This document shows positions 26,378 to 36,391 of a DNA stretch of 64,000 nt, one piece after another (within the stretch, counting starts at the first letter, position 1; each line of letters opens with the position of its first letter). Source of the DNA: a virus. The notes below the pieces were generated by a model, which made no database searches, was not told where the DNA came from, and saw only the letters and a list, made by a program, of their open reading frames with translations. Made by a program: the position numbers and the translations under genes. Location: IMG/VR virus record IMGVR_UViG_3300035698_014365, positions 1 through 64,000 of that record; one strand, written 5' to 3'.

Positions 26378-28938
26378 AGCACGTATCCAAGGTTTCCGCG
26401 GGTACTGTACACGCCAGCGCTCTGCGGCCACGTTTCTCCAAGGTCTTTGCGGACACGATCCTGCTGTGTCTGCGGGTCCATTGTCAGGTCACCAAGGTTC
26501 ATGTCGTACACGGTCCCGTTGAACTGGCGCACAGAGCCATCCTGGCAGCGCATCTCAAACACGCCATCTCCGAGGTCGGCAATGCTCCCAACGTCCACAA
26601 CACCAATGCTCTCACTCAGAACGTCAGCATAGATAACGGCGTACTGAATATTGGTGTTCGGGATGCTCTTGATATTCGAGTCAGACACGTTCGTCGGCCC
26701 ACCCCATGTCGAGTCACGACACCACACAATGAACTTGTTGGGGGCCTTCCTGATGCCCTGAATTGCACCCTCTATGCGGTCATTTACCTGCCTGTTGGGG
26801 AAGTAATAGCCACACATGTACTTCGTGGACACGCCCAGCTCAGAGTAATGGAGCAGACTGCCGTTTTGGTTGCCGCCGATGGCAAAGCCAGGGACGACAA
26901 TTCCGAGCGCGAGGTTGGGCAGCCTGCTCTTGTACCGGTGGACAAAGAACCCAACGTGGCGCTCGCCCGCACGATTGCGCAGCGTTCCGTCGGGAATGGT
27001 GTCGTTGATTACTCTGCCAGTGGGAACGCACGTAAACCCTTGAATTGTGCGCGTCCCGGATGTGGTCACCCGAACCTCCGTGTCGCTGATAACCTCTTCG
27101 ATCACCAGTTCATGCCCATCTGATGTCCACAGCGTCTCTCCCGGAGTCAGCCCAGAGAAGTCGTCGCCGGATATCCATGTGACAATGTAGCCCTCCTGTG
27201 ACGCCCTGGTGACACGGCCGCCCCCGATCGCCGCGGCCTGTATGTCCTTAGCTTCGCCATAGTAGTAGTCGCCACCACGCACAAGCATATGAGTGCTATC
27301 GATATAGGTGCCAAGCGTATCGGTCTCGCCATCTTCCCAGTCGAATGGTGTGCCCTCGTCCTTGTGCTCAAACTCCCCAATGATGGCGGTGATGACCCCG
27401 CTGGTATCCTTGGAGGCCCAGAAGGCCCCGGCGCAGCGCGCATCCATGACCCAAATAACCTCAACCGGAGGCAGAATCTCTCCGCTGATGTCGTCAACGC
27501 GCGACTCGCGCCCTTCGGGCCCAATGTCTTCACTTCGAATCACCACATAATGCGTCCAGTGGCGCTCCCTTACCGTCTTTTCAATCCCAGACGAGAACTC
27601 CTGGAGCGGTGGGCGCAGTATTCCGACCTCTATATCCTGCTGATACGCATAGGCATTGTCCACTTCGGCGTCGTCAGCAAGCGTTATGTTGAGCCAGCCA
27701 GACACATCTGTCCCACCGGTGCCGGCGCTGCCGTAACCAATGGTGCTCCCAGCGATATTCCCCGCGGTGAATATGAAGCGCTCGTTTGCAGAGTCGTATT
27801 CACTCGTGGCGTAGCGAAAGACCTTCCTGATTTCTGTCTGGTTGGCCAGCGCAACGTCGCCAAGGCTCTGCACGTTGTACCCGTCTGTGCCGTATTCCAC
27901 GCAGAACTGTGCCTCAACACCGTTTATCAGCAGCGTGAATGACCCACCAGGAGACGCGAGGGCCGACCACTGAGTTGGGTCTTTATACGTGTCGTTCAGG
28001 GCCTTACACACAAGGCGCCCTGTCGTAAGGCTGCCATCACCAACCGGCCGCGCAGTCCACATGTCCCCATAGTCTCGGACGACAACACCCTCTTCAACAA
28101 GTTTATTGCTCCCCGACTGCTGCAAAATGTCGGCGCCAGGGGTGGTCCGATCGCGAAGGCCCTGCCCATCCAGCTTCGCCATAGCATACAAGTACGAGTA
28201 CCTGTGCGGGAGGCTAGGCGTTCTACTGTTTGGAATAACAAGGGCTTGCGGGACAGGCGTGTTGCGTTTCCAGTACTCTGTCTTGTCGAAATCAACGGCA
28301 AACATGCCGCCCGGGTTGAATATCAGGCCCTGCCTGTCAACCTGGTCCCACGTACTATCTGAATTTTGAAGGGATTCTGATGAGCGGCAGAGGAGCAGCG
28401 TTCGGTTGGTGAATTGCACCACGCCGTCGCCGGACAGCTCTACATCTGCCTGATAGAGTGAGCTGCCCCACTGGAAAACGACCTTGCGAGCCACATTGTG
28501 GTACTCCCAAAGGTTGATTCTGGCATGCATCCAGCACCCGGAAGTCCACGCAATGTCTCCAGATGTACCAGTGCGCACCTCGGTAGGACTCACGTACTGC
28601 TGAATTTCGTCGTGCTGATCCCCGAGTTCGCCAGGCCACACCCACCAGTGGCTGATGTCGGCAACGCTGAATATGGCGGTGTCAGAAATTATCCGATTCC
28701 CCACCTTGTAAGCGCGGTAACCACTGCGCCCTGACAATGTAGGGGGTATGGGACACTCGACTATTCTGGTGCCATTCCGTGGGCGAATTTCCGTAGGGTA
28801 TGCAAGAGCATTGGTGAGGCTGGCAAGCGCGCCTTCAGGCAAGTCCTCGTGAGGGGCGTTGTGTATCATGCCCCGAGGAGCACCCTCGTAGGTAACTGGC
28901 TTATTGTTCCGGGGGTTGACTTCCCGCGCAGTACTCAT
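26356..28938 (-). CDS. Tail nozzle / packaged-DNA stabilisation protein (P22 gp10 / T7 gp12-like), apparently lacking the C-terminal part
   Basis: N-terminal RGM...P.DLP...L.N......R.G pattern; beta-rich; follows the adaptor. Confidence 0.7.
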   Translation of the reverse strand: MSTAREVNPRNNKPVTYEGAPRGMIHNAPHEDLPEGALASLTNALAYPTEIRPRNGTRIVECPIPPTLSGRSGYRAYKVGNRIISDTAIFSVADISHWWVWPGELGDQHDEIQQYVSPTEVRTGTSGDIAWTSGCWMHARINLWEYHNVARKVVFQWGSSLYQADVELSGDGVVQFTNRTLLLCRSSESLQNSDSTWDQVDRQGLIFNPGGMFAVDFDKTEYWKRNTPVPQALVIPNSRTPSLPHRYSYLYAMAKLDGQGLRDRTTPGADILQQSGSNKLVEEGVVVRDYGDMWTARPVGDGSLTTGRLVCKALNDTYKDPTQWSALASPGGSFTLLINGVEAQFCVEYGTDGYNVQSLGDVALANQTEIRKVFRYATSEYDSANERFIFTAGNIAGSTIGYGSAGTGGTDVSGWLNITLADDAEVDNAYAYQQDIEVGILRPPLQEFSSGIEKTVRERHWTHYVVIRSEDIGPEGRESRVDDISGEILPPVEVIWVMDARCAGAFWASKDTSGVITAIIGEFEHKDEGTPFDWEDGETDTLGTYIDSTHMLVRGGDYYYGEAKDIQAAAIGGGRVTRASQEGYIVTWISGDDFSGLTPGETLWTSDGHELVIEEVISDTEVRVTTSGTRTIQGFTCVPTGRVINDTIPDGTLRNRAGERHVGFFVHRYKSRLPNLALGIVVPGFAIGGNQNGSLLHYSELGVSTKYMCGYYFPNRQVNDRIEGAIQGIRKAPNKFIVWCRDSTWGGPTNVSDSNIKSIPNTNIQYAVIYADVLSESIGVVDVGSIADLGDGVFEMRCQDGSVRQFNGTVYDMNLGDLTMDPQTQQDRVRKDLGETWPQSAGVYSTRGNLGYVLWEKQKV

Positions 28939-28940
28939 GC

Positions 28941-29618
28941 CTAGAATGCCCGTTTTCTATTAAATCTCGGAACACCTTGTTCGCCTTCGCCAAGTCTCCG
29001 CATGACAAGCGGCTTGAGCGTGGTTTCAATATATGCCCTTGCGGCTTCCATTTGCTGGTGGTCGTCAACTGCATCTATCAGCTTTGCCGTCGCCTGCAAC
29101 AGGTAGTCGTCGGCTCCGATAGGCATTTGATGCTGAATTGCGTCACTGGTAATCTGGCGTGGTCTCGCATAGGCCATGCGCCGGAACGTAGAGATTGTGT
29201 CGCCCGGGTCGAGGCCACCAAAGAACTGCAGCCACGCATCTTCGCTGGAGGTTGCCTGCTGAGAGCGCACGTTGAGAATGCGTCGGTATTCCTTGCCACC
29301 GAACCACTTGAGCTCAGCAGACCAATCGACGTTCTCGCTCCAGGACAGGTCATATCCGAGCGATACGTGCGAATCGACAAGCACGGAATCGACAAGCCAC
29401 ACCGCGGACGGGGCCGCATAACGGTATGTGCCTGCCACAGTTGTGAAGAATGGCAAGTCGCCCGTTGTCTCGTCGATGATAATGTTGTCTTCAGAACGGC
29501 GCGCAATGAGAATCGTGTGCGCCTCATTAAACAGGGCCCGAGAGCCACGGGCGCCCTCGCGCTGCCACCCGTGACACTCAAGCTCAATCCAAGTCAGCAA
29601 CTGACTGGTTGTGGCCAA
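28941..29618 (-). CDS. Head-tail adaptor protein
   Basis: FNEAH...TVAGTYRYAAP pattern; size and position. Confidence 0.7.
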   Translation of the reverse strand: MATTSQLLTWIELECHGWQREGARGSRALFNEAHTILIARRSEDNIIIDETTGDLPFFTTVAGTYRYAAPSAVWLVDSVLVDSHVSLGYDLSWSENVDWSAELKWFGGKEYRRILNVRSQQATSSEDAWLQFFGGLDPGDTISTFRRMAYARPRQITSDAIQHQMPIGADDYLLQATAKLIDAVDDHQQMEAARAYIETTLKPLVMRRLGEGEQGVPRFNRKRAF

Positions 29619-29619
29619 T

Positions 29620-30252
29620 TTACACCTCGTCGTTCAGGCGATCCGAATCCTCTTTGCGCTTTGCCTTCGGCGGTCTGCCTCTGGGGCGCTTGGGTGGCTC
29701 CTGCTCTGGCGCAGGGGTCGGCGGTTCGTCTGCTTCAGGTGTTTCCACAACGGGTTCTTCAGGCGAGACTTCAGTAGGTTCTCCCTCGACTGCTTCCTCA
29801 GTGGCAATTTCCCGGTCAAGACGCTCCTTGTCACGCTTCAACTGATCCAACTTGGAGACCTCGACCTTGAACTCCTTCTTGCTGAGTGCTGCAATCTCGC
29901 GTTTTACTGCCGGCTCATCTATCTCCAGTTCCCCACTCGGAGGCAGATGGCGTGACAGCCAGAACCTATTGTATTCGCAATCGAGCACATCTGCTACCAG
30001 GGCGCCCACGGAGTCTTCCTGAAACTCGAGGACAGCAGATTCCTCTGCGGTCTTCCACTCCTGCTTGCCGCTGATGTCGGTGTACGGATACGCTCGCACC
30101 CCGTATGTCCCATGAATCCTTGGCATCTGCCCGCCACCGAGATACCTCACCCGGATGAACGTGCGGCCAAGTTTCTTGAGTTGCTCAATGCGCTGAATCT
30201 CTTTCTTTTCTTCCTGACTTTTGAAAAAATCACCCATTATCGGTGCACCCAT
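29620..30252 (-). CDS. Hypothetical protein with a C-terminal AT-hook-like motif
   Basis: AAGGAG SD; PKRPRGRPPK. Confidence 0.7.
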   Translation of the reverse strand: MGAPIMGDFFKSQEEKKEIQRIEQLKKLGRTFIRVRYLGGGQMPRIHGTYGVRAYPYTDISGKQEWKTAEESAVLEFQEDSVGALVADVLDCEYNRFWLSRHLPPSGELEIDEPAVKREIAALSKKEFKVEVSKLDQLKRDKERLDREIATEEAVEGEPTEVSPEEPVVETPEADEPPTPAPEQEPPKRPRGRPPKAKRKEDSDRLNDEV

Positions 30253-30279
30253 GACACTACTCCTTGAGAGTTGTTTTCA

Positions 30280-30305
30280 GAGAGGGAGCCCGAAGGCCCC
30301 CTCCC
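30280..30305 (-). terminator. GC-rich hairpin with a C(UUCG)G tetraloop after the capsid gene
   Basis: GGGAGGGGGCC-TTCG-GGCTCCCTCTC; no clear U tract, so it may only stabilise the mRNA. Confidence 0.5.
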
Positions 30306-30326
30306 CATTCAGTCAACCCACCAAAC

Positions 30327-31619
30327 CTACGCAGTGCGCGAGGTCTGACGGTAACGGCCGCCAATGACAAGCGCCGACCCGAAGTACTCACGCCCGACGC
30401 CCGTTGCATCCACAGGGGATGTATCGAACTGGAGCTGCTGAATACCACGCACACCAGCATAGCCGTAGCCATTGCGGATGTTGTAGTCGTAGTTGTCGTT
30501 GACGTAATGCATCGGTTCCGGCTCCCATTTCACGAGCGCACCAGCACCATGAAGAACCATGGCATCGCGCACGAGCGGGTTGTCCAGCCGGCGGTCGTCG
30601 TTGTCTGTCGGCCACATGTAGTGAGCCGTCAGCCCGAACGGTTCGGCGCTACCGGACGGGAGCAGTGTAGCAAGGCGCTCGTCCAGAACGACGTAGATAT
30701 CAGCACCAGCAGCCGACATCCACTTGCCCAGGGTTCCATACCAGTTCTGCGCCGGCTCGTCCTTGAGACGATTCATTGCAGTCCAGCGGTCACCAAGGGT
30801 GTCCGTGAAGTTCGGGTTGGAGAAGTACGCGGCCTGCACCTGTGAAACGGTGAGAACGTACCACGGACGTTTCCCAGGAAGCGGGATAATCCGACGGCGA
30901 AGCGCAAAGATGGCCATCTCATCCATGGCCCAGCCACTCAACATCTGAGGCTGCGTCTGGGTGAAGGCGCCTGCTCCGCCACTCACGGTGTCCATCGCAC
31001 TCACGATGCGATTGGTGTACGTCGCGTACGTCGGGTGGAACGCCGGCTGAGTGTCGGCATTGAGGCCCACCACGAAGGCGTGACGGTTCCACTGGGCGGG
31101 AGCCAGGTTGGCGGTTGAGCCAGCCATAAGGTTCCAGCCGTTCGTCTCGATCAGCGCCATGCGGATTTCCAGACCTTCCTCAGCCGCAGCATGAGGGGAG
31201 AGGTCGTCCACGTGAGCCTGATAGAGCCGGTAGGGTTCGGCGTCCAGCTTGTCCTCACCGTAGCCAGGCTCATCCTGAATAACGAAGCGGTATGGCGCGC
31301 GATACAGAGTACCCGTCTTCACCTGCGGCGGAACCTCAGTACCCAACGCAACCGTGCGACCACGCAGGATGTTGGCGTTGATGGGGAGCTTCATCGTGAC
31401 ACGAATGTTATTCGCGCCAGCGCTGTCTTTCGGAGCAATCGGCTGGTAGATCCCCGCAGGGATTTCCAGACGCTGACCATCATAAAGAATGGTCTTGGCC
31501 CGCAGGTTCGTGTAGATATCCCGCGGGAGGGCACGTCTTCGCAGTTCCCTTGAGAAGTTGCGAATAACGCTCTGACCACCGGACATGGTGCCCAGATCGG
31601 TGTACTGGCTGAGAGCCAT
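30327..31619 (-). CDS. Major capsid protein
   Basis: 430 aa after the scaffold; HK97-fold-type C-terminus (AMVLHGAGAL...DY...G...GI); downstream hairpin. Confidence 0.8.
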   Translation of the reverse strand: MALSQYTDLGTMSGGQSVIRNFSRELRRRALPRDIYTNLRAKTILYDGQRLEIPAGIYQPIAPKDSAGANNIRVTMKLPINANILRGRTVALGTEVPPQVKTGTLYRAPYRFVIQDEPGYGEDKLDAEPYRLYQAHVDDLSPHAAAEEGLEIRMALIETNGWNLMAGSTANLAPAQWNRHAFVVGLNADTQPAFHPTYATYTNRIVSAMDTVSGGAGAFTQTQPQMLSGWAMDEMAIFALRRRIIPLPGKRPWYVLTVSQVQAAYFSNPNFTDTLGDRWTAMNRLKDEPAQNWYGTLGKWMSAAGADIYVVLDERLATLLPSGSAEPFGLTAHYMWPTDNDDRRLDNPLVRDAMVLHGAGALVKWEPEPMHYVNDNYDYNIRNGYGYAGVRGIQQLQFDTSPVDATGVGREYFGSALVIGGRYRQTSRTA

Positions 31620-31679
31620 AAGGCATCCTCCGACTAAAGATTTACGTTACTTGGTGCGCTCGGAGGTCGCGTTTCATCC

Positions 31680-33347
31680 CTATACAGCCGGGACACCCTG
31701 CTGCTGTGGAAGTGCAGGCCAGTGATCGGGGACCGGGAGCTTTATACCCATGCTCACGAAGTATGCCTTTGCATACCGGCTCCACAATTGGCGGTCACCT
31801 GCAGACCCCAGTTTCTCCATTTCTGCCAAATCAATCCGGTTGAGCTCTGCTTCCGCCTGCTCTGCCGTCATTTCACCACCGGCACTTTCCGGACCCGCTG
31901 CACCATCAGAGCCGATTGTCTTGGCACTGGTGGCTGCTCTCTGCACGGCTGACTCCAGTTTCTGCTCTCCCCGCAATTCCGCTTGGGCGAGGGCGTCTTC
32001 CTGACGCTTCTTTGTGATGCCTCCCTGCGAGAGCATGTATTGGTAAGCGGCTTCAATCGATGGAAAATTGACCGGCTTACCGAAAGGATTCCGCATCTGC
32101 TCAAGCTGCCCAGTGAATCTATTGAACTGCTTGCCCTGAACCATGTTGTACGCATTCACAATCGTAGCGTAGCCTTGCAGGTCGTCGGGTGTAATCCCTG
32201 CATCCGCAGGAGAGATACCGCTGTTCTGGCAAAAAGCCATGAGTTCGGTGTCTTCTCCATTGAACTGGTTCACTACAGCATTTACTTCGTCCCATCCGCG
32301 TGGACCGCTTCCCCTCTTCATCGTGAGGATCTTGTTTGCAAAAGTCCATGCGGCATTTTCAACCGCTCCGCCATTTCCATCCGGTGAAAACACCGGCTTT
32401 GACGTATCCAGCTCAGGGTGTTCGCCCTGAAGCGACCGAACTTCGGCGGTTACCGTTACCGCTGTGGTCTTTGAATCAGCTTCGTTCTTCCACTTCTCAA
32501 GAAGTTCCTTCTGAGCCTTTGAGTCACCAGAAACCGCATCGAGCTGCTGGCTGAAGTCCTGCTTTTGCTGCACAACCAGCGTTTGCAGTGACGCATTTTC
32601 CTGGTACATCGACTTAACGCTCTCACCAAGCGTCTTGAGGATAGCCTTTGTCTTCTTCTGCTGATCGGTATCTACAAGCGGGTCTTCCTCTATGCCCTCA
32701 ATTTCAGCAAGCATAGCATCGACCGCAACAACCTGCTCATTCGGCACACCCGGTGCAACTGGGGGCTGAATGGGCGCCTGCGCATACCCAGAGGGCTGCA
32801 TCATCCCAACCGGCAACGCTGTCGGCGGAACTGCTGCTGCGCCTCCCTTTTTCAGCGCTTCAAGCTCCTCTCGCAACTGGCGCTGGTCTTCTTGACCCTT
32901 TGCAAACTCCGTGGTCAACTCCGTAAGGCGCGTCTCGGCTACGTTCGCATACTTGCGTGCGTGTCCGAACTGTTTCAGCACCTCTCTCGGATCGGCATAG
33001 CCACGAAGCTCTTCGGGCAGATCCTCCTGGCGGACCTGAGTACCGTCGGGCAGTGTGAAGTAAACCTGGCCTTCGCCGACTGGCGCCTGCTGTGGTTCCG
33101 GGGCTGGCGGGGCAGGGGCTGGGGGCTCCTGTGTCGGCTCCTGGACAACGGGCGTCTCTTGCGGCGACGGTTCCGGAGGGGGCTCTTGGGGAGCGCCTTC
33201 TGGAACAATCTCGGCCGACAGGATTTCGTCTCTTGCTTCTGTCTGTTCTACCTGCCACTGGTCTACGTCAGCACCAGACGGTGGTGTCTCAGGCAGAGCG
33301 TCGAGAGCGGCCTGTCGCTCCTCTTCACTCGTGAATGTCCTCGGCAT
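31680..33347 (-). CDS. Scaffolding protein
   Basis: Acidic, Pro-rich and coiled-coil; between portal and capsid; AAGGAG before ATG 33347. Confidence 0.7.
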   Translation of the reverse strand: MPRTFTSEEERQAALDALPETPPSGADVDQWQVEQTEARDEILSAEIVPEGAPQEPPPEPSPQETPVVQEPTQEPPAPAPPAPEPQQAPVGEGQVYFTLPDGTQVRQEDLPEELRGYADPREVLKQFGHARKYANVAETRLTELTTEFAKGQEDQRQLREELEALKKGGAAAVPPTALPVGMMQPSGYAQAPIQPPVAPGVPNEQVVAVDAMLAEIEGIEEDPLVDTDQQKKTKAILKTLGESVKSMYQENASLQTLVVQQKQDFSQQLDAVSGDSKAQKELLEKWKNEADSKTTAVTVTAEVRSLQGEHPELDTSKPVFSPDGNGGAVENAAWTFANKILTMKRGSGPRGWDEVNAVVNQFNGEDTELMAFCQNSGISPADAGITPDDLQGYATIVNAYNMVQGKQFNRFTGQLEQMRNPFGKPVNFPSIEAAYQYMLSQGGITKKRQEDALAQAELRGEQKLESAVQRAATSAKTIGSDGAAGPESAGGEMTAEQAEAELNRIDLAEMEKLGSAGDRQLWSRYAKAYFVSMGIKLPVPDHWPALPQQQGVPAV

Positions 33348-33428
33348 CTCTTCAACTCCTTTTGCCGTACGGGGGGATCGAATGTGGCTGTTGGCAGCCA
33401 ATCCGCCGCTTGGGCGTTGGGGTCACGT

Positions 33429-35570
33429 TTATTCCGCACCCTCTTGCGGAATTTCCATATACTGCTCCTCTGGGGACGAGAAATCACCCCCGCCCTCGGG
33501 GGGAGCAACCTGTTCTGGCTGCGAGTTGGTAGGCTGACCCTGTGAAGGGCCACCAGGAGCTGCGCCTTGGGGGGCACCGCCTGGCTGCGCACCAGCTTGC
33601 TGAGCCATCTGCTTTAGCATCTGTAGGGCCTGTTTCTGCATCAGAATTGACTGTGCAGTCTGGGCCTTTGTACCTTCAATCTCAGAAATCGCCTGCAGCA
33701 TGTCGCGCATTTCCTTGAGCTTGCCAAGCATCTCGACCTTTTTCTTCTCCTGCGGATCAAGCTCTATGGTCTGGAGAATGCGGTTGGTCAGAATGCGAAT
33801 CTCTGCCTGGAACAGCTCTGGGTGCGCCGACAATATCTTGGTGATATCATAAAGCATGGCCTGCTCACCAATGCGCTGAGTTGGGCTGTCCTTGCGCAGG
33901 GTCACATACACGTTGGCCCGCGGCAAATCAGAGATACTGTTCTCGTAGAGCCGTTCTGTGCTCTCGCCGTCAACGCGGTACTGCGGACGGTTGAACTCGA
34001 TTTCCTCGTCAGTGTCGCCGTCGCGAATCTTGCGGTACTGGTCCTTATAGGTGATGCGCGCCTGATTGTACCACGCCTCGCCCTTGTTCATAAGATGCTG
34101 GCGCCAGTTGTCATACAGAACCAGGGTGCCGAGCTTCGTGACCGCATGCCGCATTTCGAATAGAACGCCGGACTCAGACTGTGGGCCCGTGCCCTCGAGC
34201 GCTGGCGTGACCGGGAGGACTTCGTTGAACAGGCTCAGGGTCTGCCCTATGTCCTGCATAATCGACGACGGAACCTCTTTGTTGGCAACCTGCCCCATCA
34301 CAAGGCGGGGGTCACCGTGCGCAGCGACCATGAATCCAGGCTTCGTAGCATTCTCGCTGATTTCACGGAACGTGGTCTGCGAGGTGTCGAGTGCATCGAC
34401 GTTGACGATCTTCATGTCAGACGCCAGCGACGCAATAATGTCGTCTTTCTTGGCTTCTCGGTAGTTCAGGGTGCGCACGAGGTCGATTGCGGCATCCATG
34501 ACGCCCTTATCGATACCCATCTCGCGGCATGCACTGAAGGGGAAGTAGCCGATAAACCCGCACTGAACGTCGTGGTCGCCCTCATACAGGAACGTCGTAC
34601 GCGAGATGTCGGGGCAGCACACGCCGAGCTTCAGCGTACGAGAGGTGTATGGAAATTCCTTGACGTTGCTGAAATCGGTGATTTTGTAGCGCTTCATGTA
34701 CTTCTGAACGTCGGCACGGCCCTCAATATCCAGCGGAAATTCAATCCAATCGCCATTTTCGTTCTTGCCGTACAGCCTGGTTGTCTTCTTTTCCTCTATC
34801 CAGCGGTACTCAATGACCAGATACTTGTCACCCCATCGGTTCGGGACGCGCTCAAACGTATCGACGTTATCAGAAAAGCCCACATCCTCCTGAGAATTGC
34901 TCTGGTCCCGAGCAATGCTGCGGAACGTGTCGTCGCGGATGTCCCACTTGTCGATCATTTCCTGTGGGGTGAACCATGCGTGCTTGATTGCGCGCTTCCA
35001 GTCCTTCAGGTCATCGGTAATCCAGTAGGGGTCTTTCAGTACCATGCCGCTCTGGGGCGACGTAAACGCAAGCGCACCCTGTGGGCGGAGGTCGTAGCGG
35101 ACCGTAAGCTCCTCGTACCCGCTGTGCAGGAGGCCGCGGAGGCAACATCGATTCTCACTGTTGTGGTAGTTGTATTGCTCAGCGTCTGCATGATACCAGT
35201 GCTTGAGCTTCTGGAGGGTCCAACTGTTTTCCTGATCGAGGGCCTGAAAGTCGAAGTCCCACTTTTCAGACAAGATTGAGCCTGCGAGGGTGTCTATTTT
35301 GCGGCTCGCTACATCGATGCTTACCGGGTGGCGACCGTCCTCTACGATTTTGCTGTACGATTCGCGGTCCCAGGAACTGCCGTCTACGGGCACGTAGGCC
35401 CGGATGTTGCGGAAAAGCCTGTCTCGTTGAGAGCGCGTCTTGGTGAGCCAGTCGTCGTTCTTGCGCTCTATGTCATTGATGAAGTCGTTACTCGAACTCT
35501 CCAGCTCCCGATAAGGGATGTTGGTGGAGATATTCGGAGCACGAATTTCCTTGGTATCAGCCATCCCCAT
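33429..35570 (-). CDS. Portal protein (P22-like)
   Basis: W...GRHPVSID..SRKIDTLAG, L.GxEEL, DP, QSESG motifs; Gln-rich C-terminal barrel. Confidence 0.9.
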   Translation of the reverse strand: MGMADTKEIRAPNISTNIPYRELESSSNDFINDIERKNDDWLTKTRSQRDRLFRNIRAYVPVDGSSWDRESYSKIVEDGRHPVSIDVASRKIDTLAGSILSEKWDFDFQALDQENSWTLQKLKHWYHADAEQYNYHNSENRCCLRGLLHSGYEELTVRYDLRPQGALAFTSPQSGMVLKDPYWITDDLKDWKRAIKHAWFTPQEMIDKWDIRDDTFRSIARDQSNSQEDVGFSDNVDTFERVPNRWGDKYLVIEYRWIEEKKTTRLYGKNENGDWIEFPLDIEGRADVQKYMKRYKITDFSNVKEFPYTSRTLKLGVCCPDISRTTFLYEGDHDVQCGFIGYFPFSACREMGIDKGVMDAAIDLVRTLNYREAKKDDIIASLASDMKIVNVDALDTSQTTFREISENATKPGFMVAAHGDPRLVMGQVANKEVPSSIMQDIGQTLSLFNEVLPVTPALEGTGPQSESGVLFEMRHAVTKLGTLVLYDNWRQHLMNKGEAWYNQARITYKDQYRKIRDGDTDEEIEFNRPQYRVDGESTERLYENSISDLPRANVYVTLRKDSPTQRIGEQAMLYDITKILSAHPELFQAEIRILTNRILQTIELDPQEKKKVEMLGKLKEMRDMLQAISEIEGTKAQTAQSILMQKQALQMLKQMAQQAGAQPGGAPQGAAPGGPSQGQPTNSQPEQVAPPEGGGDFSSPEEQYMEIPQEGAE

Positions 35571-35802
35571 GGTCCACCACCAATGCTGGCAAGTGCTTGA
35601 AATCGAAATGATAGCTCTTTGGCATACGCTTCAACTGCACCATCTCGCCCTCTGCGCGCATCTCAAACCACTGCCGACACTTCGCGTCCGGACAGTGTAT
35701 GTAAACCCTTGTTATTTCGCCCTTGTCCACCTCTATGCCCAGCAACAGCTTCTTGTAGCCCTTGTGTATGTCCTCCGGGCAATCAATCCTGTACTTGCGC
35801 AT
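35557..35802 (-). CDS. Small zinc-ribbon protein (Mu Com-like spacing)
   Basis: RIDCPEDIH..KKLL...IHCPDAKC. Confidence 0.55.
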   Translation of the reverse strand: MRKYRIDCPEDIHKGYKKLLLGIEVDKGEITRVYIHCPDAKCRQWFEMRAEGEMVQLKRMPKSYHFDFKHLPALVVDHGDG

Positions 35803-35803
35803 A

Positions 35804-35840
35804 GAAAAAGGGCCCTTCCCGTGTGACCAGAAAGAGCCCT
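35804..35840 (-). terminator. Intrinsic terminator-like hairpin immediately before the zinc-ribbon ATG
   Basis: AGGGCTCTTTC-N10-GGAAGGGCCCT followed by TTTTCT. Confidence 0.6.
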
Positions 35841-35876
35841 GGCGTGGGATGTTGGCGAATGACGCATTCAGGTATG

Positions 35877-35906
35877 AATATATCGACCATGTATGCGTAT
35901 CGTCAA
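35877..35906 (-). promoter_or_regulatory. Putative promoter TTGACG-N18-TATATT for the head operon
   Basis: Near-consensus boxes in the intergenic region. Confidence 0.5.
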
Positions 35907-35961
35907 GGCACCCAAAAATGCCGGTAGCAACATTATGTTGCTACACGGACGCCATTTGTTG

Positions 35962-36381
35962 CTACGCGGTGCGGTTGTGCCCAGAGGCACATTGCAGCTC
36001 CACAGTGCCGTCTCCGCCCACTGCAACAATGCGAGAACTGGGGGTTTTGCACTGCGGGCACTCACCATATTCGGTAGTTAATCCATAGAACACCTCTTTG
36101 GCGAGAGCGGCAAGCTCTGGGGCATCCTCATCTGACACCATCGGCTCAGAAACCTCTGTATCATCGCCCTCAACCACGATTTTCTCAGGATCGACGACGA
36201 CTGCCTTCACCTTCTCGTCAGGCCCGGGCTCAGGCACATTGACCACCGCAGACGAGACGACCGGTTCTTCCGGCGTTTTCTCATCCCTTTTCCGCTTCTC
36301 CTTGTACGCAGCGAGTGCAGCCCCCTCTGGCACCCATCGAGCATCCTCGTCGCTTCCAGCGTAAACTCTGTCGCCTTTCAT
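35962..36381 (-). CDS. Acidic hypothetical protein with a C-terminal CxxC...CxxxH zinc ribbon
   Basis: GGAGG SD; motif. Confidence 0.7.
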   Translation of the reverse strand: MKGDRVYAGSDEDARWVPEGAALAAYKEKRKRDEKTPEEPVVSSAVVNVPEPGPDEKVKAVVVDPEKIVVEGDDTEVSEPMVSDEDAPELAALAKEVFYGLTTEYGECPQCKTPSSRIVAVGGDGTVELQCASGHNRTA

Positions 36382-36391
36382 GCTATTCCTC

